NCBI GenBank assembly: GCA_010093815.1
Contig: ML996572.1
DNA: 64,000 nt
Strand: one strand, 5' to 3'
Origin: Pseudovirgaria hyperparasitica
Lineage: Eukaryota
The notes beneath the pieces were generated by a model. The model was not told the DNA's origin and made no database searches. It saw only the letters and a program-made list of their open reading frames with translations. The position numbers were made by a program, and so were the translations under genes. Below, in pieces: positions 49,722-62,519 of this stretch. Every line of letters begins with the position of its first letter. Within the stretch, counting starts at the first letter, position 1.

Positions 49722-50508
49722 ATGCGGATCAGAAAGCCCTTCGCAGGTACGCACACAAAGCTCAAGGTGGACACCGCAGTGAAGAGGCTGATATTTTACT
49801 GCAGCTGCCTTCTCCATAGTATGCATATTCGCAGCCGGAGCAGGCTTCGCTCCCAGTCAATATGAGATTCCGAGCTACAAGCAAAGCGACAAAGTCCTCC
49901 ACTTCTTTACCTTCTTCATAGTTACGGTGTGTTCTACCTTCAGTGTAGACATCGATTCCAGAACTGACAGAAGGACCCGCAGACAGCCTTCTACTGGATA
50001 CTTGAGACCAATCGACGGCGCGTACTCCAACTCACGGCCCTCGTCTGTACCTTGGGCTTAGGGGTAGGATCAGAGTTCATTCAGTGGGCCATACCTGTAA
50101 GTACTGCACAGGAATATGCATTGATACAGTATGAATATTAATACTAAAGTTACGCAGAACGGTCGGGAATTTGACCAATTTGACATTGTCGCAAACGTCC
50201 TTGGTTCCGGTCTCGCACTTGCTCTTTCAACGTGGTATCATAAGCGCATGCTGGAGCGGAAGCGCGCTGCCCGGAGCTACCAAGCGGTTCCGGGAGAAGA
50301 CTCCGAGCGAGACCTCGAGCTGGGTGAGGGTGTAGGCGAACAGGAAACCGGCGTCACAGGGACGGCTGCTGTGCAAGAGGAACTCGATAACTGGGATGAA
50401 AACGCAGAGGACTGGGAGACAACGGAGCCGGGAGAAAACATGGATGGTAATATTATGAAGGATACCCCGACTGATGCGATAGATGGCAAGGCGAAGAGAA
50501 ATGATTAG
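49722..50508 (+). CDS. VanZ-like domain membrane protein
   Basis: MRIRKPFA / ...SDKVLHFFTFFIVT / TAFYWILETNRRR...GVGSEFIQ / NGREFDQFDIVANVLGS...WYHKRMLERKR. Three introns. Confidence 0.87.
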
Positions 50509-51251
50509 GCTTGCCGTGACGGTGACGACTATACCTCAACAAAATGAGATTATTGGAAATGAATTGTGTTCGTTAGGAAAAGTCATATCAGGTGGCCTAT
50601 ACAGATATATGAGAACGTGGGCATTCACGAGCACACCGAATACGCATCTGCTGTTCGATGTTGAAAATATGGGTCTGATATTGATTTGCTTTTACATACC
50701 TTAGTAGTGTGGTGCAAACATGGGTCACCCAGAAACATATAGGAACCACCGCCAAGTGCCCACCAAGCTACCACGCAACACCGAACAGTTTGGTCCCATT
50801 CTATTTTTGATTAAATACAAAGTTCAAATAATCATTAGAGGATGTATGAATGCTGAGACTGGTAGTCATTGATTGAGCACTAATTATCCAGGCACTCGAG
50901 GTAACCTTTCCAGTCGGCTCGGTACTAGATCAGGCATAAATATTGGTGCCTTACACTGTTTGCGCTCCGCTAGGCGCGCGACCTCCCCAGGCGTGAGACA
51001 GCCCATACTGCTACTTGTGAACCTCACCTCAACCCACGGGCGAACGACCGTCGACGACACCTCGACGCCATCACTTCCATCTTTCAAACTTTGAGTCTGC
51101 ATTCTTTTGAACTTTCGCTTCTACCGTATAACAATTTTGGCCATCCTCGGCCGCCGCATGACACTCGCGCAACACTCGACCACTCGACTGTTACGTAGTT
51201 CTGGTGAGCGGCATGCTTGGCTTGGCATCAGGACGACACTGAACGCGGGCA

Positions 51252-54200
51252 ATGTTCAATGCCAACGGCCCCCTCCATCGCCCCTCGTCGCTGTCGAGCA
51301 ATCATGGCGCATCCAGATGGCCTAGCCATCTGTCGAATGCGAATCGGACTCGCACTCCTAACATGAGCGATGATGGGGCCGTGTCAAACGCTTCCGGTAA
51401 CAATGGGGGTGAGGGGGTGGATACCTTGGGAGAGGAAGATCGCAGGACTGTGGAGTTTAGGGAACACTACAAGAGGAGTGAAGCATTATTGATGGCTGCA
51501 ATGGGTGATGGCGATGCGAAAATTACCTCTGCCGACGCGCTCTTTGATGATGATCCGGCGCATTCCTTTGCGACAGTGGCCGCCGAGGCCGCACCCCCGA
51601 CCGCGCCTCCGAAGAAGCCTGCGCGAACGATTGACGAAGACGACTACGGAGACGACGATGACGATGATGAAGACAACGAATCCAACGCGTCTCCCCTCAA
51701 ATCAAAAGGCGCGGCCGCCGTCGGAAGTGTTTCCGCCCCCGACAAACACAAATATTCCAATATCACGCGGCCCAACACTGATGGCGCAAAGCCAGAACCA
51801 CCAAAGACTACTGATGAAGTGCGCAAAAAGCTGGAGCAAGATAAAAAAGCGACCGAAGACGCTGCTCGACGAAGCTTCCACACCACCTTCTACACCTACG
51901 AGACTGATCGCGATGCGATGTTGGAACAACAGAAGCTTGACGAACTTGATCGTCAAGTGGAAGCTGAAACTGGTCCAGGTCAGGCACAAGGTCAGAATCA
52001 GAAGAATGGCGCTGCCCCCCCAAATCAACCAGGTACCCTGAGCGGGACAAATCTTGGCGGTTCGGTGAACCTTACGCTTAAGCACTTGATCGCACGAATC
52101 GACCAGAAACGGAACATGGTAAATGCAACAGATACACAGCTGAGAACCTTGATGAGTGAGGTGCGCAAGAATCGTAGCAAATGGGCGAACGAGGATAAGG
52201 TCGGACAAGAAGAGCTATACGAGTCAATGGAGAAAGTCTTGATGGAGCTCAAAGCCATGACCGAACATGCAGGGCCTTTCTTGCAGAAGGTGAATAAGCG
52301 GGATGCCCCGGACTACCACCAGATCATCAAACACCCCATGGACATTGGTACCATGTTGAAGAAACTCAAAGGCTTGCAGTACAAATCAAAGAAAGAGTTC
52401 GTAGACGATTTGATGCTCATCTGGTCCAATTGCCTCAAGTACAACGGCGAGCCCACGCATTTCCTCCGCAAGAAAGCGCTTCACATGAAGAAAGAGACTG
52501 ATAAACTTGTCCCCTTGATACCGGACATCGTGGTCAGGGACCGTGCCGAAATGGAAGCAGAAGAAAGACGCACGCAGAATGGAGATATTGGTGAGCCGGA
52601 GGACAGTGAAGATGGTAAGTTTCAGAGGCTGCTAGCTGTTAGGATCTGTAATCTGACATGTAACCAGAGGAACCAATTATGGCATCACGAGGCCGAAAAG
52701 CGCCAAGCAAGAGTAACAAAAGCTCATCGGCTGCCCGCAAAGCCCCTCCAGCTGGGTCTGAGGGTACACCGGGAGCCGATACAAAGCCTCCTGGGCCTGT
52801 CCTCAACAATGCTGCCTCTAACCTAAAGAATGAATTTCTTCGCGCTGATTCCGATGCGCCACTTGAGGGCAGCATTAATGGCTTTTCAACGCCTCCACCC
52901 GGCAGCGTTACGCCTTTTGGTGCGAACGGTGTACCAGGTAGCAATGCCCCTGGTAGTCAAGTAGACTTCTCAGAGCTCGACGGCGCTGGAACCAACATGG
53001 CTGGCCTAGGGGTAGTCGAGGATGCGGATGACAACGATCTTGAATACAAGACCTGGAAGCTTATAACTAAGAAGGATCGTGCACGAATTGCATCGGAGCG
53101 CCACCGTCGCTTCAAGGGAGATGCCCTCGATCCAGAGCAGCCTGCGATCCTACGAAGCAAAGCTGGTATGAGACGCTGGCTGCGTCGTCGAAAGCAAGCC
53201 GAAGACGACAAGTATCTAGATCCATCAGCTGGACCCGATGGTAAAGACGGAGCGCCTGCTGCCGCCGAGACTTTGGCTGAAGGAATCGAAGAAGAAGATG
53301 ATCGTGACCTTCCCGACTACTATGATCCAGTGTGCGCAATCCCGGACGTCAACCCTAGGCTCAGATGGGTAGAGGACTCTGATGGACAGCTTGTTGAGCA
53401 GAGTGAAGATTTTCTTCGTGTCATTCCGAAAGGTGCTTTCAAAGCCCCCACTGGTCACCTGTCCCAAAAGGTGGAGGACAACATGCGCCAGATGCAAGAT
53501 ACACGTAAAATCTGTGCCAAGATTGGTGTAGTGAAGCAGATGCAACTACAGGCACAGGTAAGTGTCCGATTCAATTTCTACGTACCGCCTAGTGCTAATC
53601 AATCCTAGATGTACCAAAACCAATTCCAGAAATATGATCCTGTCCCATTCGTCGAACAAGACGTTGAGCCCATGGTCGTTACCGATGACGGCCCAGTCAT
53701 GTCTAAGACTACATGCCGCGCTGCACTCCAGAGGAGCGTCGGAAAAATCTTCTATCATGCAGGCTTCGAAGAATTCCAGCCATCTGCATTGGAAGCTATC
53801 ACTGATATAGCTAGCAATTTTTTCAGTCAGTTGGCCACGACGCTGCAGCTATACGGAGAGTTTCCAAAGGTGCCAGAAGAGCGTCCTACCGGAGACGAGA
53901 TAGTATGGAACAGCAGGTTCACTGAGGAGGAGTCTATCCTACATGCTTTAGATAAAAACGGCATCGATATGGAAGGTCTTGAATCATACGTCAAGGACGA
54001 TGTCGAAAGACTAGGCACCAAACTGCTGGGCATGCACGAGCGTATGAAGTATCACTTGGCAGAGCTACTTCGCCCTGCTCTTGACAGCAACGCTGGCGCC
54101 GACGGAGCAGGTGCATTTAATGATGGGAGCGAGCAGTTTGTCAGTGGAGACTTTGCAGAAGATTTCGGCGAGGATTACTTTGGTTTCCGTGAGCTTGGAC

Positions 54201-54730
54201 TTGACCAGGAATTCGGTCTCGCACAGCTCAGTGTTCCCCTACATCTTCTCCAGAATCGCATGCACCACGCGTACCAGGCCCAACACGCCAATACGACAAC
54301 ATCAGTTGGTACGCTCATGGACGAACCAGCGACGTTCGAGCCTGTCACAACGCAGAGCATCACTCAAGAAATTGGCATCATACAAGGATTCTTCCTCAGC
54401 AAGCTCCACGACCATGGAGATCAACCTCTCGTCGAGGATGACAATCTCCCGGCCAAGCAGCGCTTCCCCAAGCCCCGTCTTCCTCCCACCGGCAAGATCT
54501 CAAGTCCGAGGAAACGGCCTATCAGGGAACAGCAACAGCTTGCTCGCAAGAAAAGGAAGCTAGAAGAAAGCAAAGACGATGGCAATGCCAATGCTGGCTC
54601 CAAGCCGATGCCAACTTCGATCAAAAAACTTAAGCTTGACCCACCTGCCAACAAAGATACCGCAGGTGATCCTGAGAAGGACGACGCTAGCGCAGTTGGC
54701 ATGATGAGTCCTGAAAGTATCGCTGCATGA
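51252..54730 (+). CDS. SPT7: SAGA complex bromodomain subunit Spt7
   Basis: [19 protein letters not shown], bromodomain [25 protein letters not shown]...IWSNCLKYN, histone-fold [13 protein letters not shown], and [17 protein letters not shown]. Two introns. Start codon uncertain. Confidence 0.96.
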
Positions 54731-55991
54731 TTTGTATTAACATTTCATTGCAGTCAGTCCCTCGCTGTCCTCGGGGTGCTCTCTAGGTTCCGGGAGCTCC
54801 TCGTCCTGCTCCTACAGCGCACCTTCTACTCCACTAGCCGGACGACGCGCCCACAAATTTGATTCGCAACACCCGAAGGCGATGCGCCGCAACATTCCAC
54901 CACCTAGAACGAGTTCTTCGCGTCGTAATTCAATATCTCGACGACACTCCAGGAGACTCGAACCACAATATGTCTATCCGATATGCGGTCCATTCGTGTA
55001 ACCACGATTGTGGACCTCGGACTCCCCTTGGCGTCGACCCTTCCACTATACACATCTCGTCTTATGAACGACACTACCTGCACGACGTTGGTGTTCTGGC
55101 GCTCTTGTATCCGGCGTTCATATACTACGCTTTTCTTGACCCAGCTTCTCCGAGCTATTCCAAATTCCTCTGCTTCACTACACACGCGAAGCACCACATA
55201 TCGTGCAGGCCGGTCTATCGTCTCCGTTGATTATACCCTTTCTCGGTTTGTGCACAGGAGGAAAGGCTTCTTTTTGTACTTTGTTTTGGGAGGGTCGGAA
55301 TTCATGATATTTCCCCATGGTCTGAGTCTTTGCATCTGGGATGGCTTTGCATGCATACTTTTGATCCTACTGGGCCTAGCGGGTCTTCTTCTATAATATG
55401 AGGGGGAAAAATCCCCCCCCAACAGTCTGTATATATGGCGTCGGCAGGTTTTGATATCGTGGGGCACTGTGGCTAAGGGGTGCGTAGCTCTGTCGGATGT
55501 TGCGTGAGTGTATTAGCGCGTGTGTCTAGTCAGTCGGGAGTGTCTATTCCAAATTTGATTACTTTGAGATGAGCGGGTGTGTGTTCGTGTGTAGTACTTC
55601 TGGCTAATAGTGATGGACAGAGAGTTCTGTAGCGGTAAGAAGTCTGGTAAGAGGCCTTTATGTCATTCATCTACTTCAGTTTATTGTAAAGATCATCTAC
55701 CATCTGCTCGAAACGCTGTACTGCGGTACTTGCTGTACCCCTTTTATGCTACGCCCAGTCAGGGTATAACTCATCAAAATCATGCACTCCGCATACAGAC
55801 GGACATCACCAAGAAGCAGCTCCACGTTCCCGTACCAATCACTATCTTAAGCGTTATATTGCATTACCAGTTGAATGGACAGGTCCTTCTAATGCGCTTG
55901 ATAGCTTGGCGAGAGTCATCCTCAAGATCTAAGGCGCATGGGACTAAAAGAGTATTTTTTTTCTGCACCCCTGGTTCAAATGTCGATGTAG

Positions 55992-57441
55992 CTACACCCT
56001 CGCTTTCACCTCCTTACGCACACCTTCCCCATCCTTGTTTACCCATGGATCCCGAGGTTGCGACAGAAATTGAGGGATCGCAGTTGCAGGAACCTTTGGT
56101 CTCTGCTTGGCCTCGTCGGCCAGGGTGAGCAATACGGACCTCCAGTATGTCTGATCTTGCCACCATACATGCACCCATCTCCGTAAATCTTCCGGGGTAA
56201 CCTTGTCATTCGACCACAGAGCTGCATTCATCGCACCGGTGACCGGATCCGTGGTCAACGGAGTCTCATCCCTCGACCAGGTAACAAGCTGCCCGTCATT
56301 CCGCTTCCGGATGACCCAGTACAACAGTTCACGCCGATGCTGTTTGACCCGGGCCCAGAAATCGACATTCCCCTTATTGATCAATGCAGGCCCGTGGTCT
56401 TCAATCATGCTCATCAGCCCTTCCCCAACCAACTCGCCAGGCTCCTCGTGCAGCGCCCGCTGGAGGCTGAAGCAGTCATACGGCTTCTGCCGCACCCCTC
56501 CCGCGCGCGCCAGCGCTCGCGTCCAGTTCGGCGCCGCCGCAACAAGCTGCACCATCATCAGCCAGTCCTCGTTGTACATGCTGTAGGGAAAGAAGGCCAT
56601 GTGCGTCGTGACGCGCAGCAGGATCGCCGAGCCGCTCACGAACACGTCCTGGCCGAGGCCGACGAGGGGTCGTGCGTGGCCCACGACGCCGTTGTCCGCC
56701 ATGTGGATGGACGGCCAACTGACGGCCTGGAGGTCCGAGTCCTCGCGCATGGCGCGCAGGGCGTAGGCGAGATGCTCGGCGGAGAGGGTCAGGCGGCCGT
56801 CGGTGTAGGGCGTGATGTCGTCGTCGACGAAGAAGACGAATTCCCAGCCTAGGCGTACGGCGAGCATGACTCCTAGGGTGCGTTTCCAGGCTAGGTTGCT
56901 GGCCTTGTGGGCAGCGGTCATTTCGTCCTTTGCGGACTTGAATTTGGGTTGCCACTTCAGTTTGTGTCGGATGTTAGTGTATAGGTTCCCTTTCTTTTTT
57001 GCTTATATCAGGGCGACTTACTGATGGATGAACATCATCGATTTCTACCCGTATAAGTCTATCGTCGCTACCGACGGCCTCGCGGACGCTGTGGAAGTCG
57101 GCTTTGGAAGCTTCGTGGCTTTGAAGCAATAGCAAGGGGCAGTGATGACTTGATGCAAGACTGGCAAGAAAGAGGAGCCCGTCCTTGCTACGAGCATACT
57201 CGTAGCTGGTCGGTACAACAATACCACCTCCGTTCTCAGAGATCAGTGGGCCCCATTCCGATATATCACTTCCTGCGGCAGGACGTGGCGGCCGTTCAGG
57301 ACCGTAGAGACTTGTCAAGAGTTTCGAGTGCGTAGCTCGGTACTGTGCTTCTCTATCATCCTGGAACTCTGGCGGCGGCTCATACGAAGCCGTACGCTTG
57401 GAAGCGTCAAAACACACTTCCCAGTCCTCGTTCAATGCCAT
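55992..57441 (-). CDS. GT-A fold glycosyltransferase-like protein resembling actinobacterial hypothetical proteins
   Basis: Exon 1 has GGIVVPTS...LASSHHCPLLLLQS. Intron 57021-56955 (GTAAGT..ACTAAC..AAG, phase 0). Exon 2 has LAWKRTLGVMLAVRLGWEFVFFVDDDI, QDVFVSGSAILL, FFPYSMYNEDWL and QKPYDCF..RALHEEPGELVGEGL. Confidence 0.72.
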
Positions 57442-57993
57442 CCTATCTAGGAGTTTTGAATTCAGGAACTGTGCTGGGAGGGAGGTCTTTGTGTGGCGGT
57501 TCAAGCTGGCTGGCAGATTTTCAAGACAAGGTCGAGGAAAGACGAGGAAATATCAGCGGTGTTTTGCAACGAATGAAGTGGCTGCGTGTCGCCTTTTATT
57601 GGCTTCTGTCTGTCCTATATCAATCACCATGGTCCTCACATAGCGACAACCCCCCTCCCCTTCCACCGGCTTCGGGGATCTGTTAGTAGCATGCTGCTAA
57701 TACGAAAATACGATGAGAAGTTCTGAAACCGTACCTAAAGCTATCTGACGAGGTGGAATGATCTTGAGGCGAAGCTTTTCTTTAAAGTTTGGGGGCGTCA
57801 ATAATTGATCATGCAAGGCACTCGAATGGAAACGGGCCGTTGACTACTGTTTATGCAAGCCACTCAAGTAGGAATGCGCAGTTGTTATGTTTGCGTCACA
57901 GGCAATTGCATCATCCCAAACAGCTTAAGAACCTCCCTTCCTCACGGTCAGAAGACTTGCTGGAATAGCCGCTAGGAGAACCTTAACTTCAAT

Positions 57994-59249
57994 ATGTGTG
58001 ATCAAGTAGCGAAAACACCTAAACACCACGTGGTCGATTACCGGACCATCGCCAAAGATGCGCCTCCTGAAGTTCGTAAGGAGGCTCTCAAAGCTGTTGA
58101 TGATGCCCTTCGCTCTCATGGATTCTTCTACCTATCTCATCATAGTGTTCCTCCACCTCTCCTTGCTGCAGCTTTCGATTGGGTATGTCAGCCATCACAA
58201 TTGAACGTGTGCGGAACAGAACAATAGTCTAATGCAGCATCTAGATGAAAAAGTTCTTCGCATTGCCACATGAAGTCAAGTCGCTCGCCCGTCGTTCTAA
58301 GGATCCCTTCGATCCTCGTGGATACACCATTGTTGGTGACGCGGTCCTGGATCAGGAGCACCAGCCTCATACTCTGGGCGAGCTTGCAGAAGCAAGAGCT
58401 AAAGCGCCAGTCGAACAACGAGAGACACTCGAGCTCGGGTGTCCACATGCGACCAACCAGAGTCCCAACAAATTGTTGCCAGAGGAAATCTTCCCTGGCT
58501 TCGCCGGATGGTTGGATGAATGGTGGGACACAACTATGGTAAATTAAATCCCCCCCAGCCCGAATTTCCCACGAAGACAGATAGAAGGAACATAGAAAGT
58601 CATGCTAATACAATTTTGACAGCGCCTCCAGTTGAGCTTGATGGAGTGTTTTGATGAAATCCTTCTTGGGGAGAATGCAAGCTCAGGCGAAGGTCTGGTC
58701 AGCCAGCAAGACCTTGACCAGAGTTATTCCAACATGAGTCTGATCCATTACCACAATATGGCGATATCAGACATAAAGAATGGTACTGCAAGCCGTTGCA
58801 ATGCTCACACCGATTCCAGTCAGCTTACGCTCTTGTTCCAAGACGACGTCGGCGGACTAGAGGTTTTGGACCAGAGCACACCGAACGGGCAGGCAAAATT
58901 TGTTCCCGTACCCCCAGTCCCGGGTATGATGATTGTGCAGCTAGGCGACATGCTTGAGAAGCAGTCAAACGGACGATGGCGCAGCGCATTGCATAGAGTC
59001 ACAGCTCCCTCATCCAAGAGAGACTCTGTCCACGCTACTACGCCTTCGGCCGGCACAGAAGGCACGCTGCAGGATCGCTACTCGGTTGCAGTCTTTGTCT
59101 ATCCTCAATTTGACACGGTGATCAAGCCTTTGCCCGGGTGCTCAGACAAGGGTCCATGGAACAGCTTCGACTGGGGTAGCGTACAGACGGCGGGAGAGTG
59201 GTGGCGCAAGAGGATCGAACTGGAATTCGGGAAATATGCCAGCAGCTGA
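57994..59249 (+). CDS. 2-oxoglutarate/Fe(II)-dependent dioxygenase (IPNS/DIOX_N family)
   Basis: ALRSHGFFYLSHHSV, KKFFALPHEVK, RGY, HTDSSQLTLLFQDDVGGLEV, GDMLEKQSNGRWRSALHRV and RYSVAVF (HxD..H..RxS). Introns ~58183-58244 and ~58540-58622. Confidence 0.93.
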
Positions 59250-60385
59250 GGACGTAAACAGCCGAGACGCGGTTAGCTTGAGGCTGTTTGTGATTCCACT
59301 GTGCCTTGTTGTATCTAGTAAACTACCGTCTCGAGGTTAGCCTTTCTAATTCCATCACGCGGTTTTTCTATCGAGGTAGTACCCCGTTTGTGAAAATATT
59401 ATTCAAAAACAACTGTGAAACCAGCATTTTCTGTTCTACTAACCTATCCTGTCGTCCAAAGGATGCGAAATCCAACACCTCATTGGCTCCTGCAACAAAC
59501 CATGCAGAGAAGCTACTGCGGATAGCATCGGCCTCTAAAGCTTGCATCGACTTAAAGCTATATGACATACCGTGATACCCCGGCCTACAGGGTGTTCTCG
59601 TTTAGGGGATTCTTTAAGCACAAGCAGATGCGTGAGAGAGTATGGCATGATTGAAAACACAAAAAATAAAAAAAGAACTTGTCCAAGTACGTAAGTAAAT
59701 GAGGGGAAATACCCCCGTTAAGTTCATGTCATTCGTCCGAGCCACCCTAATTGGTGCTTACTTATCCCCACAATAGAAGGGCCGTCTAGTAGAAGACACT
59801 GCGCGAATAACGACTTGTGCACGTGAACAGAGCCAGGCACCGCGTCCTCTAACTATATGGGAATATCTAAGGCTTGTGCAAAAAAAAATTTCGTTCAAAA
59901 GGTGCAGCTACAATATGGCTTACTGAACTTGACTCGGAAGAAAGAATGCTGTTTAGGTGGCTTTGATTCGAATGATAAAAGTGAAGATGAAGATAGTAAA
60001 CAAAGCATAAAGCTTATTATATTGACGGATCCGTTATACGTCGTTAGTAGGCTGAGCCGAGCCTTTAAAGCCAACAAGCTAGGAAGAATGGGGAAATTCT
60101 CCTGAAGCTAAAATTGACGTTGCCCAACTCACCGCCAGGCTTAATACACAGTACGCCCACATTCGAAGTAGACAACATCGGATGACAGTTTGAAACAGTG
60201 TCTAGTGATGTGCCGAAAAACTCTCCCTAGGGTGGCCTGGTACACATCTTTTCCATGATGGATCAAGTCAGTAATGTACCATTGAGGACGACGGAGCCGA
60301 GACACTCAGATGCCTATTTATTAACTGAGTGTAGGACTCAAATTTAGCTCTTCCCACATATTGATAGTATTAACTACTTTCAAAT

Positions 60386-62011
60386 ATGTGGTCTCGTCTC
60401 AGGAGCAAAAGCCGTCGACCTCCGTTCCTCCTGCACTACCGTTCGGCGGAGTGGTTTATTGTCACGTCCATTGCCATTGCAATCTTCAGCGAGACTCTGA
60501 TCTACGCCATCTTCATCCCAGTCCTCCCCTTTGCCTTAGTCTCACGAGCTAGAGTAGAGAGGGATGAGGTACAACGGTGGACGGCCACGCTTCTGGCCGT
60601 CCATGCAGGCTTCCAGATTGCGTTTTCGCCGCTGTCCGGCTGGATTGCCGACAGAACCTCCACGAGACGAGGACCCCTACTGCTCTCCTACCTCCTGCTC
60701 GCAGGGGCCACGCTTCTCCTCATGTTCGGACGCTCGATTGGGACCTTCATCGCCGCAAGAGCTTTGCAGGGAGCCGCTGCCGCCGCCGGCTGGACTATTG
60801 GACTTGCGCTGCTCGTCGACACCGTTGGCGTCGACCAGATGGGCGAAGCGTCGGGCTGGGTGTCGTTCAGCTCAAACGTAGGCATCCTGTCTGGGCCGCT
60901 GCTCGGCGGGGTGCTGTATGAGAAGGCCGGCTACTACTCCGTCTTCTACATGTGTCTTGGGATCATCGCCTTGGACATTGTGCTCCGGCTGTTGATTGTG
61001 GAGAAACGCGTTGCCAGGAGATGGCTGGAGGAGAAGAGGCATACGCAATCGATCGACGATGCAGAAAAGGCTGATCCGCAACAAGGTTCACCCTCCCCTA
61101 CCTCAGCCCCCGTGATCGAAGTTAAGCAGGGCGTGCCGTCGTCGTCAGTCTCCAACCTCGACTCCACAAGTCACGACTCGATCACACCACAGCCTCCTCC
61201 TCCTCCTCCTGCGGAAGAATCACCATCACGAGTCCCAGACCAAACCACCGAAAGCAACACACCAACACAACCACCACACACCACGCCACACCCACCCGCA
61301 ATCTGGACCATCCTCACCTCCAAACGCATCCTCGTCCCCCTCTGGGCCGCCCTCGTCGCCGCAACAATCAGCACCTCCTTCGACACCATCCTCCCCATCC
61401 GCGTCGCCAACCTCTTCCACTTCAACAGCCTCGGCGCCGGCCTCATCTTCCTCGCCATCATCATCCCCACGCTCGCCAGCGCGCTCGTCGGCAAACTCAC
61501 CGACCGCCTCGGCGCCCGCCTCATCACCACCGCCGGCTTCCTGGTCCTCAGCCCGACGCTCGTCTGCCTCCGCTTCGTCGACCACGACTCCGTCGCGCAG
61601 AAAGCGCTGCTGTGCGCGCTGCTCGCCGTCTGCGGCGCGGCGTCCAGCATGCTGCTTGTGCCCGTCATGGCCGAGGTCGCGCACTGCGTCGAGAGCGCGC
61701 AGAAGATGCATCCGGAGAGGTTTGGCGCCCAGGGCGCGTTTGCTCAGGGGTATGGGGTGATGAATGGGATTTATGCTGTGGGGACGCTGGTCGGGCCGAT
61801 TTGGAGTGGGTTCATGATTGATGGTACGGACTGGGCGACGACGACGTGGACGCTGGGCCTGCTGGCCGGCGTCACGGCAATTCCAATGTTTCTCCTGCTT
61901 GGGGGCTGGGTTGGGCGGAGGGGCTGGAAGGCTGAGCTGCTGAGTCCGGAGAGCGAAGGGGTGAGGAAGGATAGGGAGTCCAAGGCGCTTGTCGCGGTCG
62001 AAAAGGTATAG
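60386..62011 (+). CDS. MFS transporter (vesicular amine transporter / DHA1-like family)
   Basis: Intronless 541 aa with ~12 hydrophobic segments. GWIADRTSTRRGPLL, ARALQG, LALLVDTVG, GPLLGGVLYE, GKLTDRLG, AQGYG...GTLVGP. Confidence 0.92.
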   Translation: MWSRLRSKSRRPPFLLHYRSAEWFIVTSIAIAIFSETLIYAIFIPVLPFALVSRARVERDEVQRWTATLLAVHAGFQIAFSPLSGWIADRTSTRRGPLLLSYLLLAGATLLLMFGRSIGTFIAARALQGAAAAAGWTIGLALLVDTVGVDQMGEASGWVSFSSNVGILSGPLLGGVLYEKAGYYSVFYMCLGIIALDIVLRLLIVEKRVARRWLEEKRHTQSIDDAEKADPQQGSPSPTSAPVIEVKQGVPSSSVSNLDSTSHDSITPQPPPPPPAEESPSRVPDQTTESNTPTQPPHTTPHPPAIWTILTSKRILVPLWAALVAATISTSFDTILPIRVANLFHFNSLGAGLIFLAIIIPTLASALVGKLTDRLGARLITTAGFLVLSPTLVCLRFVDHDSVAQKALLCALLAVCGAASSMLLVPVMAEVAHCVESAQKMHPERFGAQGAFAQGYGVMNGIYAVGTLVGPIWSGFMIDGTDWATTTWTLGLLAGVTAIPMFLLLGGWVGRRGWKAELLSPESEGVRKDRESKALVAVEKV

Positions 62012-62519
62012 ATTAGTTGGTATACATCACCTCAGGCTGCGTGATGCTTCTTCCGGATTGATGATTGTTCATTCAAATCACATCCCTACTGGAGATTGCT
62101 AGCAGCAACTGTGCCGATCAGTGAGTACTACTATTGAACACGTCCATACCCGCTCACAACGGGGAAATCCAAGTAGCTCGAGTACACAACCGAGCACGTC
62201 TAACCGCCACATTCTGATGTGCTCGCTTGAAGAAAGTCGAAATTGCGTCAGGAGTAAACAAAGTACGTAACACTCTAAGCACCCCACCGAATTTCCGGGT
62301 GAACCGGATGCAGGAGACGCATCAACATCACATCAGTACACCAATATTGCATACGTGGGTAAAATGGCGAATGTCCAACACACCAGAAGACGAATCGTCA
62401 ACAATGATCCCACAATCGTCGATGGGACGGTCGTTTCCATTACAGTTTCAGCAGGGCAAGGGATGGCTAATTACTGATCCTGCTCTGATGACATGTTAGT
62501 ACAAGGCTCGCAAGTCAGA

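Noticed and set aside
54859..55990. ORFs downstream of SPT7 (123-172 aa)
   Set aside because: No domain-like composition or clear splice structure. Probably 3' UTR or intergenic sequence.
61171..61711. Long antisense ORFs inside the MFS gene (also within the GT-like, SPT7 and 40.8 kb genes)
   Set aside because: An expected by-product of high GC3 codon bias on the sense strand.
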